NCBI GenBank assembly: GCA_951406725.2
Contig: OX597821.1
Location: forward strand, 10,292,001 to 10,356,000
DNA: 64,000 nt
Source: Octopus vulgaris
Lineage: Eukaryota
Direction of reading: 5' to 3'
A program made the translations under genes and the position numbers. Under the pieces are notes generated by a model. That model was given only the letters and a program-made list of their open reading frames with translations, was not told where the DNA came from and ran no database searches. Numbering within the stretch: the first letter of the stretch is position 1; each line of letters opens with the position of its first letter. Positions 25,701 through 39,539 of this stretch are shown here, one piece after another.

Positions 25701-27578
25701 CCAGCAAACAGAATCATTTAGCGAGATTTAAATGGTAGACGAGCAAAGTAAAGTTTACAGTATCTACGCCTACATTTTAATTTCCCTTTCAGACCTTTCG
25801 ACTTTATCCACACGATAGACCTCTGTCGGTAACAAAAATATAAAAATGGAATCAATACTTAAGCATTTTGCGAAGGATATCAGCGATTCGGAGACAGCCA
25901 GTTTCATGAAATTGGTTAAATGTTCTTTTCGAGTAGAGATAACATGTAGACAACTTTGATTCGTTTGTCGCATCTATCAAGAAAATTATTTAGCAACAAA
26001 ACAGACAGGTCAACAAAACAGACGAGTTAAAATGGAAAAGCTTAAGGGGGATTATGGTATGGTGAAGTACTTTACGTATAATAAAGAGATTTTCAATACA
26101 CAAATTCAATTCTGACAACTATAACTTGTGAATGGCTAATTAATGTTACGAAATTTAACATTCTGAAACGATAAAACTGTGGTATAGTAGAAGGACGCAG
26201 TGGAGATATCGTGATCGGATGGGTGTGTGTTTTATATTGCTTCACCGATGTTGCTTTGGAGGCCTTACAAAAGCACCCACCTGAGAATGATTTTCAGAAT
26301 CACTTTCTTTCACGTGGGTTATTTTTCGGAAGTTATATTCATTTCTCTATTTGTTGACTCGTTTTGTGATCTATTATGTTGTTTCTACGGTATATTGATA
26401 GATGCAAGTATGTATGATGTATGTGAAAATGTATTTATATTTGTGTGTGTGTATGTGTGTCTGTCTGTCTGTCTGTGTGGGCATGTGTGTGTGGTGGGTT
26501 GTTGTATGTTAATGCTTGTCTCTGTGTGGTCTATATGTATATTGTAAGGCATAAGCGCATACACTTTGTGAATGTCGTTGGTATTTTTTAGTATGTGGGA
26601 AATATTGTGCATATATATTTATGTAGGTTTTGCTTCCACTTCATTTCATTCAGGTAGGAAATATTTTGGGTGCGGTTAAAAAAATATGATTGAAATGAAT
26701 GTCCGCAAATTTTAGGTGAGATCATTTCACCTTTTAAAACTTTTTGACACACGCTCTTTGTTTGATCCTTATTTCACCAGTTGTCGCTTTCCTATTTCAT
26801 TCATTTATACCAGTGATCCTCAAATATTTTTTCACCTATGGACCCCTTTGATTCTTATTCTATTCTGAAAGACCCCATAGCCATTCGACGTTTATAAATT
26901 AGAGTTATACAAACATCTTTTGAATTCTTATATTGTTTTTTACCTAATAACATATGCATGTTAAAATATGTAATATAACTACTTAAAAACCTCCTTTTAT
27001 ACAGTCCACTTTTTGTTAACGTTATGGATGGTCAATTCCCTGAAATTAGATGTACCAATTTAGTTGATGTGTAACAAAATATCTTTAATTTTACCGACTA
27101 TTCAAAAATAAATTTAGTTAAGCTCGGTCTGCCATACGTTATATGAGCAGCGAAAGTTTTTTTTTTTTTTATGGGGTTGAATCGTTGGTGTAACCATGAC
27201 AACTTGAAGTGTGTAGTTAGTTTTCTTTATATGCTTTGACTTGTAAACATGTATGTATGTATGTATGTATGTATGTATGTATGTATGTATGTACATATAC
27301 ATAAATACAGCATACACACCAACATACATACGTGTATGTCCGTGTGTGTGTGAGAAAGCAAGAGGGGAGGGAGGAGAATGTGCATATGTGTGTGTGTGTG
27401 TATGTGTGTATGTGTGCCTTTGTGTGTCTCTCTGTGTGTCCGTGTGTATACAGGGCTGCTTTCTCAATTTGCGCATATCCTGTCCATTCGCAAGAAATTT
27501 GTTGCGTGCGACGCCATCGTGGACAGAGTTAAAGTTGCCCATGCTGCAAAGCAATGTGACTGAACCCGGAATCATGTA

Positions 27579-27622
<44 letters not shown>

Positions 27623-28489
27623 ATGTATATATATATGTATATGTATGTATCCATACATTTATCGTTGTTAGTATGTATATATGTATGTACACACACGCAC
27701 ATACGCAAATACTCACACACACATACACACATGCTCATGTATATATATATATATATAACTTCATATATATTGTGATAGAGTGGCGGTGGTTATATGTAAA
27801 ATTCTGTCTTTTGGATATGCATATGAGAAAAAAACTATTCAAATGTTTTTTTTTTATTTTAGATTATGTGATTTGTAGCGTATTTTTGTTCTAGTCTATA
27901 AACATATTATTGTCGCCTGAACACTTGAAAATTTATTGCTTGAAAATATTACGAAAGCTACATGGAAACTGGATATTAAGTAGTTGAAGCTCTGTAAGTT
28001 ATAAATTCTCGAGGATTATAGCGAAACATATATTACAAGGCTGTTAGAGTTCTTCTTTGAAAAAATATTTACATCACTTCTAGTCAATGAAAAGGAAACA
28101 AACTATTGTAGCGGTAAATTTATATCCGCCACACAAGAATAAATATTTCTGTAAAATTTATATTTTAAGATATAATTTTGCTTTTATTTTCAAAACTCTG
28201 TGGAAATTAGATCTAAAGTAGCAAGGATTAAAACTATGATGATACGCAACTATTTTAAGTATAATGTAAATTTAAGATTGTGAGGCCTTATAGAAACAAA
28301 CATTGATATTTGCAGTGTTATTTTACCTTAGGTAAGGAAGAATGGTAGCGAACTGTTTTAATTGTTTGGAAGCGTAGGACTGAATATCGAATGGAATAAT
28401 TAAATGGCTGTACAGTAACGTCATATGTGTGAGTGTGAGAGTGCATGTATGTGTGTGTATGTGTGTGTGTGTGTGTGTGTTGTGTAGGT

Positions 28490-28620
28490 ACAGGGTTTGT
28501 TGTGTAATCACAATGTTGCTTTTCAACCAGATGGTTCCGGCTTCCGTCCTACTGCCAGGCACCAACCAAGTCCTTGTGAGTAGATTTCGTTGACGGTAAC
28601 TGAAAGAATTTTGTCGTATG
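28490..28620 (+). mobile_element. Internally deleted SINE family B fragment
   Basis: AACCAGATGGTTCCGG and CCTTGTGAGTAGATTT...GACGGTAACTGAAAGAA match family B. Confidence 0.55.
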
Positions 28621-28844
28621 TCATTTACCTCCCATGTGTACATATTCATTAAAACACCGACTTAGCAAATATACATAGATTTGCGTCGAAAAGAGGACAC
28701 CAAATTTGAAAACAGAAATTGCAAAGTAAATATATCATAACTTTACAGAGAATAAACAAGTTTGGTATTAGAGAAAATAAAATGTTTCATACGATTATTT
28801 TCTGAGACTTTGCTATGTCTGTCTAATACACACACACACATACA

Positions 28845-28907
<63 letters not shown>

Positions 28908-28919
28908 GCTTCCTTCATT

Positions 28920-29340
28920 ATGTCCCTGAGAAAGTCCCGATTTTGCGTTGCAGATAGGGCGTTTTGTGACTTTCTCAACACATAGTAACCTATGGGATTA
29001 CAATCATGGGGATTACATGACCATAGATTAGGACTGGTGAACTTGATGAGATTGTATGCTAACCATTTCTGATCCTTTATTGAGGTATACTAATGCGTCA
29101 AATCCTGTGCTCACTCACACATGGACTATCATTATCAACCATCTCCATCCAGGATTTGGGCACAGTCTTCAGCAGATTGACATAACCGTCTGAATGCAGT
29201 GTAAAGCCATATTCAAAGGTGTGGGTTAGCATGGCGTCACCCACTGGAAACACAAGCAAAGATAATGACAGTGTGGGTGAACTTGGATTTAATGATGTGC
29301 ATACACCACGTACAGCCTTTATATTGTTCACAGAATATCG
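28920..29340 (-). mobile_element. Tc1/mariner-superfamily transposase remnant, catalytic domain
   Basis: GDAMLTHTFEYGFTLHSDGYVNLLKTVPKSW followed by SPNLWSCNPHDCNPIGYY, a decayed WPPNSPDxNPxDY motif. Confidence 0.7.
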
Positions 29341-29659
29341 CGTACAAGTCACCATATCGGTGTTTTTATTGCAGGTGCAAACCAATGTGATATAGGTGTG
29401 AGGCATGGTAATATTCATTTCATTCGAATCACAATGAGTCATTTCAAAGCATAAAGTGTATATGTCCATGATTAGTACAATATGTCCATGCTTAGTACAC
29501 CTAACGTTCCAAATGGACGCAACTGATAATATATTGTGCATATCAGGTATAACTCTAGACTGAACTGCAAGTAACAAAGCCAGCGTGCTTCCTCACAACG
29601 AGAATTTGAATGTATAACATGCATAGAAGTATTGCACTTCCTTTGACATTAAACTACTC

Positions 29660-29706
<47 letters not shown>

Positions 29707-32700
29707 GTCTCTTTTGCTATATCTCTCTCACTCTCTCTTACTCCCACACTCTCATCATTCTCTCTTATCCTCATTCAGACTCGTAATTTCCAGTTTTTCT
29801 TTAAAGATTTAAGAAACAGATTCTATCCGATCCATGAAGTAGCTTAAGTTTTACCCATTAATTCAAAAGAGTACTCAATGAATCCTGTGCCTGATAATTG
29901 ATTAAACGTGTTAAACACTTTCATGGAGTTTTCATGAAGTACACGGTAGGAACAGTGTCCAAACGAATACCAACATTGTCAGCTCAACGGTAATCGTTGC
30001 ACAAAGACAGTTACTACAGTTAGTGGGGCGATTTCAATAACACGGAAGAATTAAAAGAGCTCATAAACAATTTCTGTACTAACTACACTCAAACAATCAT
30101 AAAGTCATAGAAACATCAATACGGACACCTGCATGTATTAATTATCTTTTCTTTTCGGAGGCATGATATGGATTCAAATGACAAAGACTCGGAAGACCAT
30201 GTTGCATTGTAGAATAAGATATACCTTAGCATTTACGGAGTTTCATGCTCGAATACATCTCAAGCAAGTGAGATCACGAAACTATCCATCTTCAAATTAT
30301 TTCCTGTGATGTCCCTCACACAACATTGAGATAAAGTTATTGTAAACGATATGGACATAGAGGAAGATCAAGTGACTTTGCTAAAACTCTTCTTCATGGG
30401 AGAGATAATCTGAGCACAACTAGAGTTACCTCGGTGAACTGGTGTTAGACTGAAGCGTAATAATAATAAACTTGACCGTGTTGTCAATACTGTCCAGAGA
30501 ATATGAATCACGAGCAATGGTAACAGGACAATTAAAATCTACAATGGACAGTAATTATACCGACAACAGAAAATGAAAATAAAAATAAAAACAAAAGTTC
30601 TTCACTCAAAATCCAAACTAATTATAGAAACTTTAGGGCCTCCAACTCAACACTCCTCAATCTAGATAAAATTATAGCTGGTCTGAATAAGAAACACATA
30701 TCCATGCCTCGGAGTAGTAATAATACCCCTAGCAGCATCGCACCAAAGAGAAATCGCAGTATGAAAAACAATAATAATAATATTAGTATTCCTCCTATTA
30801 CTACTGTCTCAAGCGACACTACTAATGTACACAATTATACCATCAGAGAGCAAGCCCTGTCAGTTTGTATATATTATTATATTGGCACTAGTCATCCTGC
30901 CACTAAAAGGGATGGCCGCTGTAACAACTCTGCTACAACTACCAGTAGTGGTAGCTAAAGTTCACACCAAGCGCTCCCTACAACTCTAACACACTCCCAT
31001 AGCTGTAATGACAGCCCACCTACTCACATTCATGTCGTCGATATGCTGAATGCACAGAAAACTAACACCTGAGCTCGAAATCTTTCAGTTATACCACCCA
31101 CCTTCGACTATCTAGCGTCACTATCTGAAAGCCAAATCTCTTACGACAATGCCAGCGTTCCCTGGCCCCGAGCTCGGCTATTAATCATGATTACATTGAC
31201 CATAGTAAAATAAACCATAGCGAACACCAGTAACCCTCGCAAGTTGGAAAAATTTTACGCCGTAATAACGCTGGATCGCGTAGCCGTAATAATAAATTTC
31301 GAGTATTAGAAAATATTGGATGCCGTTGTTTAGAGAAAATATCATGTCCCACTTTCTGCTCGAACTCTAGCAGTAAATGTGGTTTACAAACATGATATAA
31401 GGGAAACCAATACTTAAACTTATATTGTTGCTCCGTAAGTCTGAAGTGTCGCTTACGTAACCACTATTCTTCCTTTAAATTAATACAGAGGGCTGGTAGG
31501 ACGTATCTAACCACGAAGATTTGTGAGTTCAAGGACGACAATGTTAAATTCATTTGAGATGGAACACCATTAGAGTCCCTAAACCGTACATAAACAGGAG
31601 ATACGGGTGCAGGCTTTGCTGCATGGAGCGACTTGAAATTTTAAAGAGATCAAATAGTGAAAATCTACAAAATAATACGCTAGACCTTCGTCTTTCCTCT
31701 ACACATAAGACTACCTTCACGTCAAAATATGTTATGGACTTTAAACAACCTCTATAATAGCTTCTAACCTAGGGCCAGTCTAATCTACTCCCACTATTGT
31801 TGACTCAATAGACGATCGATCTTCATATTTATTTCCGAGACCTTTTTGTCCCGTTGACCTTAACCATTATCTTCTAACTAATCTTTATATTCGTGGTGTG
31901 CTGTATTGAAGTAACTAACCAATCTATCTGTGGTGCACCCGTTATTATGCAATGACTACAGCAAAGATATCTAACCTACAAGTAGTACCTTTCATACCCT
32001 AGCCAATTCTTTTCCAATTCTACTAGGTAAGTAATCCTTACACCAAGATGGTTATGTGTGCTGCGCTTGTTAAATGATAGCTAGAACACACTATCGAAAC
32101 CTCTTACCTGCGGCTATTGACTAGAGTTGCTTTACCTGATTCACATAAAGGTGATTATACAATCTAATAAAATAGTATCAACGCTACCTGTATAACATTC
32201 CATATTGTTAACTATGATATTACTCTCTACTGCTGGCTTTCTTTGATAACCGATCAGGTACTTCCTTTAACTCCATAATAGGTGTAGTTTATTAAATAAG
32301 ACCATCCTTCTTTAAACACGTTAATGATAAGTAGAACTCTACTTTTACTAACGCAATTCCTTAAAAGTTAGATCGTATTATTCGATTCGCTTCATACCTT
32401 CCCTAATCATTCAACTAATATCCACAGAACACCCCTAAATTCTGTATGTCTCTGCTCCTCCCTTTATTCTTTAGCTTAAGATAGCGAATCCTAAACCCCG
32501 ACCCTATGCCTAATTGGCTTGTATGCTTTATTTTTCTTCACCCTTATTTTGCTTTATTTATCCTTGTGTTTCTTTATCCTTAATTTATATTTGGACTTCC
32601 CCTTGCTTCCCACTGCAATAAGCTTCCTACAATAAAATATCACCTACACCCCACTACAGCCAACCTAAGTACCAGTCTAGCAGACTTCTATCTCATCCGG

Positions 32701-32973
32701 GTCGCTGATCTTAGATATATTACACTTTCAAGAACTATATTCTTACCTCAACGGCCAATTTTGTTGGTCATTCTCCTATTTCATAGTTGGCCACGACAGA
32801 CATCAGCCACCACTATTCTGTATTCCTTTGTTTGGAAAATTACGTCTCATCTGGTGTTTATGTGTTTTTGTAATCGGGTAATGTCCCCCTTCTATTTAAA
32901 ATATAATTACGAAACACCTTAAATGAACTGACAATTATACATCATGTTATTCATTTGAATTTATATATATTCA

Positions 32974-33061
<88 letters not shown>

Positions 33062-34872
33062 TGTGTTCGTGTGTGTATGTCATTCAGTTGTATTTGAATA
33101 ACTTTTGCCAATAGACAAAGAGCCGGAATTTCAACATCAACAGGGAATTTATGTATGCATGTATGTATTATGTACGTACGCATACACAAATGTAATCCTG
33201 AAGAATTTTCATTGCCTTAGTTTGTCGTAGGAAATGCCTATGTAATATCATGTGCAGCTTGACTGTTCCCTAAATCAAGTAAGCAAGAGGTTGCGTAATG
33301 AAAATATTATGACAATTCTTATGCCGTCTTATATATCTCTCACTTCTAACTGCTAAGTTTTGCATTCGTACAGATATCAAATAACAAATATTGACTAGGT
33401 GATTCAGTTTAAGTGGCTTAACATTTTATCAATTTAAAAAAAAAATTACCTCGAAGTTACGTGAATTAAAGAAGAGAATTACAGACATTCGAGTATTGAT
33501 TAAATTTTCTCATGCTCTTTCTTCCCGACTCCCTTCAAGCTGATTCAGGACACCATTTCCTGGTCAATATCGAGGTACCTTTCTACAGTGATAATTCGCG
33601 GAAGTCTTACAGGTATAGACAAAATGAATTGTAGTGTTAGCTTCCTGCTTTTGTCGTTCAGACACCAAAGTCTACGAATAATTCTATGTAAACATTCTAT
33701 TGATCCACCAAATCGAAGATTTTCATTCGGAGAAATGTAACTCGCGTAGAAATATTGAGTGTATTTTTTTATGGGGAGAACTGCTAATCATGATCAAACA
33801 TGAAGAATATTGGCTCTTACTTGTGTGATTTACCTCCCATCTGCACATGCTCATTAAAACACCGATTAAGCAAATAGTAGAGGACACCTAATTTATCTGG
33901 TATTGGTGGTAGGAATAATTATTTATTTCCTTGTGTATACATTCCTTTGCTGATAAAATATTGCATCCTGTTGTCTTAGATTATCAGTAAATGCCAACGT
34001 CTAACTGTCATCTTTAAAACAGCTGCATTAATGATAACTGTTTGACAACATCTCGCTGCCCGAAGTGCATCGAATATTCGCGTGTATACAGAGTTTGGTT
34101 GGTAGTGGGAATGATACATCATTAAAATCAGCAAGATGGTAAGTCTACTAAATCTCGCATAGAGTCTCTTAATATGATATAACTAATATTTTGGAATGAT
34201 TTATGGAGTAACAGAGAGAGATATGTGTGCTCCGCTTTAAACAATATACAGGATTTGGAAACAGATTTTGCATAGTAAATATATAACATTATAATTTTAC
34301 AAAGAATAAACAAGTTTGGTATTACAGAAAAAGAATTTTTCATACGAAAGTTTTCTGAGAATTTGCTATATGTGGGTGTTAATTACTTTCAACTACATCT
34401 GTAATAATTAAGTTTGTTAGGAGTTGATTATGATGATGAAAATAATAGTTGTTGTTTTCGTTAATCACCCGTCATAAAGCAGTTATATGGCCAACGATAT
34501 TTCATCTGTAACCGTTTCTTTTTTCCAACTGTTAGTAAGGTGTCCTAAGGTGTACTTCCCTTCCTTCAAAACCGATGAAGTTTTAGTGTATTAGGCTACT
34601 GTTTCCAACAGCTAGAAGTAACAAGTATGTGCTCAAGTGTTCACACAAAGTGAAGGTGAGGATGATGACAATGATGATGTTGGTTGTTATTTAATTGATT
34701 ACATAAACAGTGAAATCTTATAATATAAGACAAAATTGTTTCCATACCAAATGCCATTTCGTATATAAAATGAATGTTAGCGTAAAATGATATCAGAGTA
34801 AAAAATTATGCTGCGCATGTTTAGAAATGACACAGGATATAGAGTCACACTCGTATACACATATTTCCACCC

Positions 34873-35006
<134 letters not shown>

Positions 35007-35814
35007 TTATGTATTAATATATATGTATGTATACATTTATAAATATACATGTATATGTACATACATACACACATACACACGCACACACACACATATATAT
35101 ATACATATATATATATATAACTGTGTGTGGGGGTGCGTGCCGCTATACGTTCGTTTGCGTGTGTATGTGTTTAGGCGTTATTACATATCTTTATATTTTC
35201 ATATTTAATCATCTCCCATTTCATGTATGCACGTGTGTGTAATAGATTCTGTTGAAGTCAAGTAAATATATTTTTAAACTGACATTAGACATTGATTCGG
35301 TAGGTATCTTCATATTTGTCTTTGCCTCATTTCTGCCTTTCCCACCCTTCGCTACCTTCTCCCTTTCTCTTCTTCTGATATTCATCATTGTATTATTTTG
35401 TGTTTTAATAAGAATTTTTGTAATGTCAACGTGCGGAACAATATTCATTCAGCTTGAAAGTTCATGTCGTTGTCAAATAATTGTTATTATTTACTGGAAT
35501 GGAAATACATTTAAATGTCAAGGATGTACATAGAAATGTACATATTATCAGTGTGTAACATCATTTATAATTGATGTGATTTTGCAATTTCTAATTCTAC
35601 GCAAAGCTCAATGAAAAGACATATGATTAAAGATATTAATTTCATGTCCATTTAATCTATTTTCAGGTGTAAGGCATTACGCAATATTCCTTCTATAATC
35701 AAAACAGAATTCTAGGATGTTATCTGAGGCAGATCTGTATGTTACTTTGTGCAAATCAATCGGACAAGTTGTAGTAATTCATTGTTATCATTTTATCATT
35801 CGTTGATATTTAAA

Positions 35815-36272
35815 ATAATAATAATAATAATGAAATTATTGTATACAGCGCTAAGGTGCACCACAACTTGTCAGAAAGTGCATATAAAGTACATGCAGCA
35901 ATGTAAAAATGTCTGGAAAGCGAACAATGCATGAGTCAGATATATACTTGTGTGTGTATGGAGGGGAGAAAATCAGGTGTAGTGTTGGCGAATCTCAGAA
36001 AGCATGGACGTTTTGAAGGATGCAGTGCTCCGACAACTAACAACTGATGCCGGCAGTTTTTTCCATGCTTCAGCAACTCTCAGCGTGAAAAAATGTTTCC
36101 TGAAGTCATGGGAGCTGTGCTGTTTTCTGACTTTGTAAATATGTCCACGGGTGTTAGATGGGTGGAGTTTGAAAAGGTGCTCAGAGTTATTGTTTATACG
36201 ATGGTTGATAATTTTATTGGTGGCTGCCAAGTCAGCTGCCAGACGTCGGAGTTTCAATGTGTCCATGCCCAT
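35815..36272 (-). mobile_element. 5'-truncated CR1/Jockey-group LINE 3' end
   Basis: TLKLRRLAADL...TRGHIYKV...RKHFFTLRVAEAWKKLP..VV..S...FK is the typical post-RT C-terminus. A 3' UTR and (TTA)n tail follow. Confidence 0.85.
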
Positions 36273-36920
36273 ATATAGTACAATATATGTTAAAACAAAC
36301 AGAAGATAATCAGTTTTATTGTTTTGATGTTATTAGTCATTTCCACCCATATATATTATAAATAAGATTATACTTTCAGAGGGGCGAATTCATAAAGCTA
36401 CAATAAACATACTGTAATATATCCTGATTCTATGAAAGACTCTACTCAAAATGCTAATGCGCTAGTCTAGTCCAACGTAGTCTTACGACGCATAATAACT
36501 TTGCCAACACAACAAAATAAACAGAATACATAAATGAGTAGAAACAGATATCTGTTCAACGATTCCGTTGGCAATAAGCAGCATTGTATTGGCAAGTCAT
36601 TTAACAAAGTTTTAGAAACAGGTATTTCACCTCAGTAAAATACGACTCTAGAAACACAGACAGGCATTTTTTTCTGTATGGATTATAGACAATATTGTTG
36701 GAGATCAATGATAAAATGACTATACTTTGAATTCAAAATATAAAGTGACAAAATGAGCGTTATACGGCGATCCATATTTTCCTTTTACGCAGTGGTCTAA
36801 TTACTGATATTCTTGAATGTCGATTCAACGAATCATAAAAAAAGAAGTTTTAGCAGTATGTGTAGTATATTGCAGCCATCTTAGGAAATTACGTTGACAG
36901 AAACGATATATAAGATATTA

Positions 36921-36962
<42 letters not shown>

Positions 36963-37329
36963 CGTAGGTATCAATATAGAGGGGTTTAATACCTTTACGG
37001 GATATTTAATCCAGAGTCGCTCCTGGCTATTAACTGGGTAGGCACGGTCTTTTGTAAGGTTGTACGGTAGCAGGTGTTTCGGTCTGTAAACCGGAGTTTA
37101 AATCATATTGGAGAAGAAAATGGATATACTAACATTGGAGAACTCGTGGTTATCGCTAATATGCCTTTAATTGTATAGATAAGAAAAAGGAAGAAGCAGT
37201 ACGACACACCAGCGAAAACCACGAATTTCCCATTCTTTTTCTTCTCATATATATATATATATATATATATATTAATAAATGAAATAAAACATATGCATAT
37301 ATATAAACATATATGTACGTACCTACCTC

Positions 37330-37369
<40 letters not shown>

Positions 37370-37439
37370 CGTATGAGTCGCTGAGTGTCTTGCTTCCCAA
37401 CCCCATGTTCCAGATTGACTTCAATCAAGTATTTGTTGT

Positions 37440-37990
37440 TCATATCAAACTTGAATGTCTTTTTAGTCAGCTGAAAGCGGTTTTGGCACAAACTTGGTAA
37501 ACACGCGTTTCATACCCAATTGTTTAGTGATATTGGACTGAACTGAACCGCAAACAAACTGCACATACTCCGATAACTCAGGGCTAGTGTTCGACGTTTT
37601 CCCCTTACAGTTACACGCACATCGATGCCTTTCTGACTTCTGCTGGTTGCGGGTCTCCCAGAGCGTTCGTCAATATCGACTCTTTGCGACCATTTTGAAA
37701 ACATATGAACCACTCGTACACTTCGTGTGGATCCTACATTCTTCTGCATACACTTTCTACAACTGTGAATAGGCCTCTGAGCAGGTATCCCCAAGAAAGC
37801 CTCCTCTGTCATGGTCAATGCGACGATCACACAGTGCACACCATTCTTCCAATGCAAAAAGCCTCTGAACTAAAGCCGATGAAGAAACAATGCGGCCATT
37901 TCCCGTGTTTGTTTTAGTCGTCCCTTAGTACCCATCCTCTCTGCGAGATTCATACTTTTGTCGTTGAGGACAGTTAAACGGCTTTGAAGG
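37440..37990 (-). mobile_element. Mariner transposase N-terminal remnant
   Basis: DIDERSGRPATSRSQK...VRVTVRGKRR, then GMKRVFTKFVPK, matching the GRP linker and second HTH region. Confidence 0.75.
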
Positions 37991-38399
37991 TGAGTTTCCT
38001 TTAAAAAAATTATGGATATTTAACAGCAGTGTACATGTTATTTTATTTATGTTGAACAGATAAATACAAATGTTAGATTTAACTTTTTGAGAAACAATGA
38101 AATATTAATTTAGTGGACCACTAGCAAGGATGCAATATGAAGGAACCCCGAACGTAAAAAAGAGTATAGGTACATAGAGCTATAAGATAAAATGCAATTA
38201 TCTTATAAAAGTCTACATTTATAAAAGGGCTATGAATATTTTCTGCCGAAATATTGCCAATAAATTTTAATATAATTATCATATCGGCATTTAATATGAT
38301 GATAAAAATTGGTTGGGGAGCACACATTGATAATGGCACACATCGCATTTGATTTTCAAAAAAGAATTAACGAATATTTTTGTATTTGTTGTTGATGTT

Positions 38400-39100
38400 T
38401 TTGCTGCGAGGAAGGTAAAAGCTCATCAATTTTGTACCAACACGCCGAACAGGAACACAGGGGATCAATCAACAACATAGAAATTAAAATATTGTCCACA
38501 CATAGAACAGATGCAACAATCAGACAAATTAAAGAAGCTACACACATAATAGAAAATAAAACTAGCTTGAATAGGAAACTAGAATGGAACACTAACACAC
38601 ACCACAATATATGATGATATAGGATCCCGAAAACATAATAAATACACAGATAAATAAACAAATAGAAATAAATAACTATACAAGTTTATTATTATTATTG
38701 TTATTACTAGTATTGTTGTTATACATACATACAAGCATATGTAATGATAATAATAAGTGGATGTAAACACATGAACAAAATAAGAATAAACAAAAACAAC
38801 AACAACAAAAACAAATTACATGAACGTATATAAACAGAAGATAAAAATATTACAGGCATCCCCCCACATACACACACTAAATAAACATAGACGCATATAG
38901 AGATATAAGCATGCGCAACTGAAGACATACAATAGAAATACAAAATGGCTGACGGTTAGTAAGGAGAGACACAAATAAGAAAGAAGAAAACAAAGGACCA
39001 CTGGTGCGGTCACAGGAGTGTGACGAAAGAACTCTGGCCGAAATAAGATTAAGAGTAATGTAAAAAATAAATAACACTGAAGCAAAGTAACACCAAACAT
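38400..39100 (+). mobile_element. PLE 3' end (GIY-YIG C-terminus plus tail)
   Basis: LYQHAEQEHRGSINNIEIKIL...RQIKEATHIIENKTSLNRKLEW. Same family as 49990-51240. Confidence 0.75.
38998..39037 (+). ncRNA. Degenerate hammerhead in the PLE tail
   Basis: CCA-CTGGTGC-G-GTCAC AGGAGT GTGAC-GAAA-GAAC-TC-TGG. Stems I and II intact; two core substitutions. Confidence 0.5.
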
Positions 39101-39456
39101 ATAGTGCGTGTGTTTTTATTGGCTAAACTGGCAAAATGACCATTCCGAAATATAACAATATCCGTTTCAACACACGACTTCACATAAAAGATCTTGCACA
39201 ACAAATATATAAGCGAATTAACGAATAAATTCCGATATAACTTGCCGTGTGAATCGTATATGTAAAAATTTCATTAACACTATCTATTTTATTAAAGAAG
39301 TGTTGTTTGGACACACGTGTATAATATGCGGGCTAATGTATATTAATGCATACGCATTAAAAAAAAACATAATGTATAAATGTAATAATCGTACTTACAC
39401 GTAAATATACATAAATGTAAGTATATTATATATATATATGTATGTATATATATATG

Positions 39457-39519
<63 letters not shown>

Positions 39520-39539
39520 ATATACACGTATATACGGTT

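Noticed and set aside
24100-26300. Possible host exons in relatively unique sequence
   Set aside because: No convincing reading frame or splice-site pair. Small exons cannot be excluded without RNA-seq.
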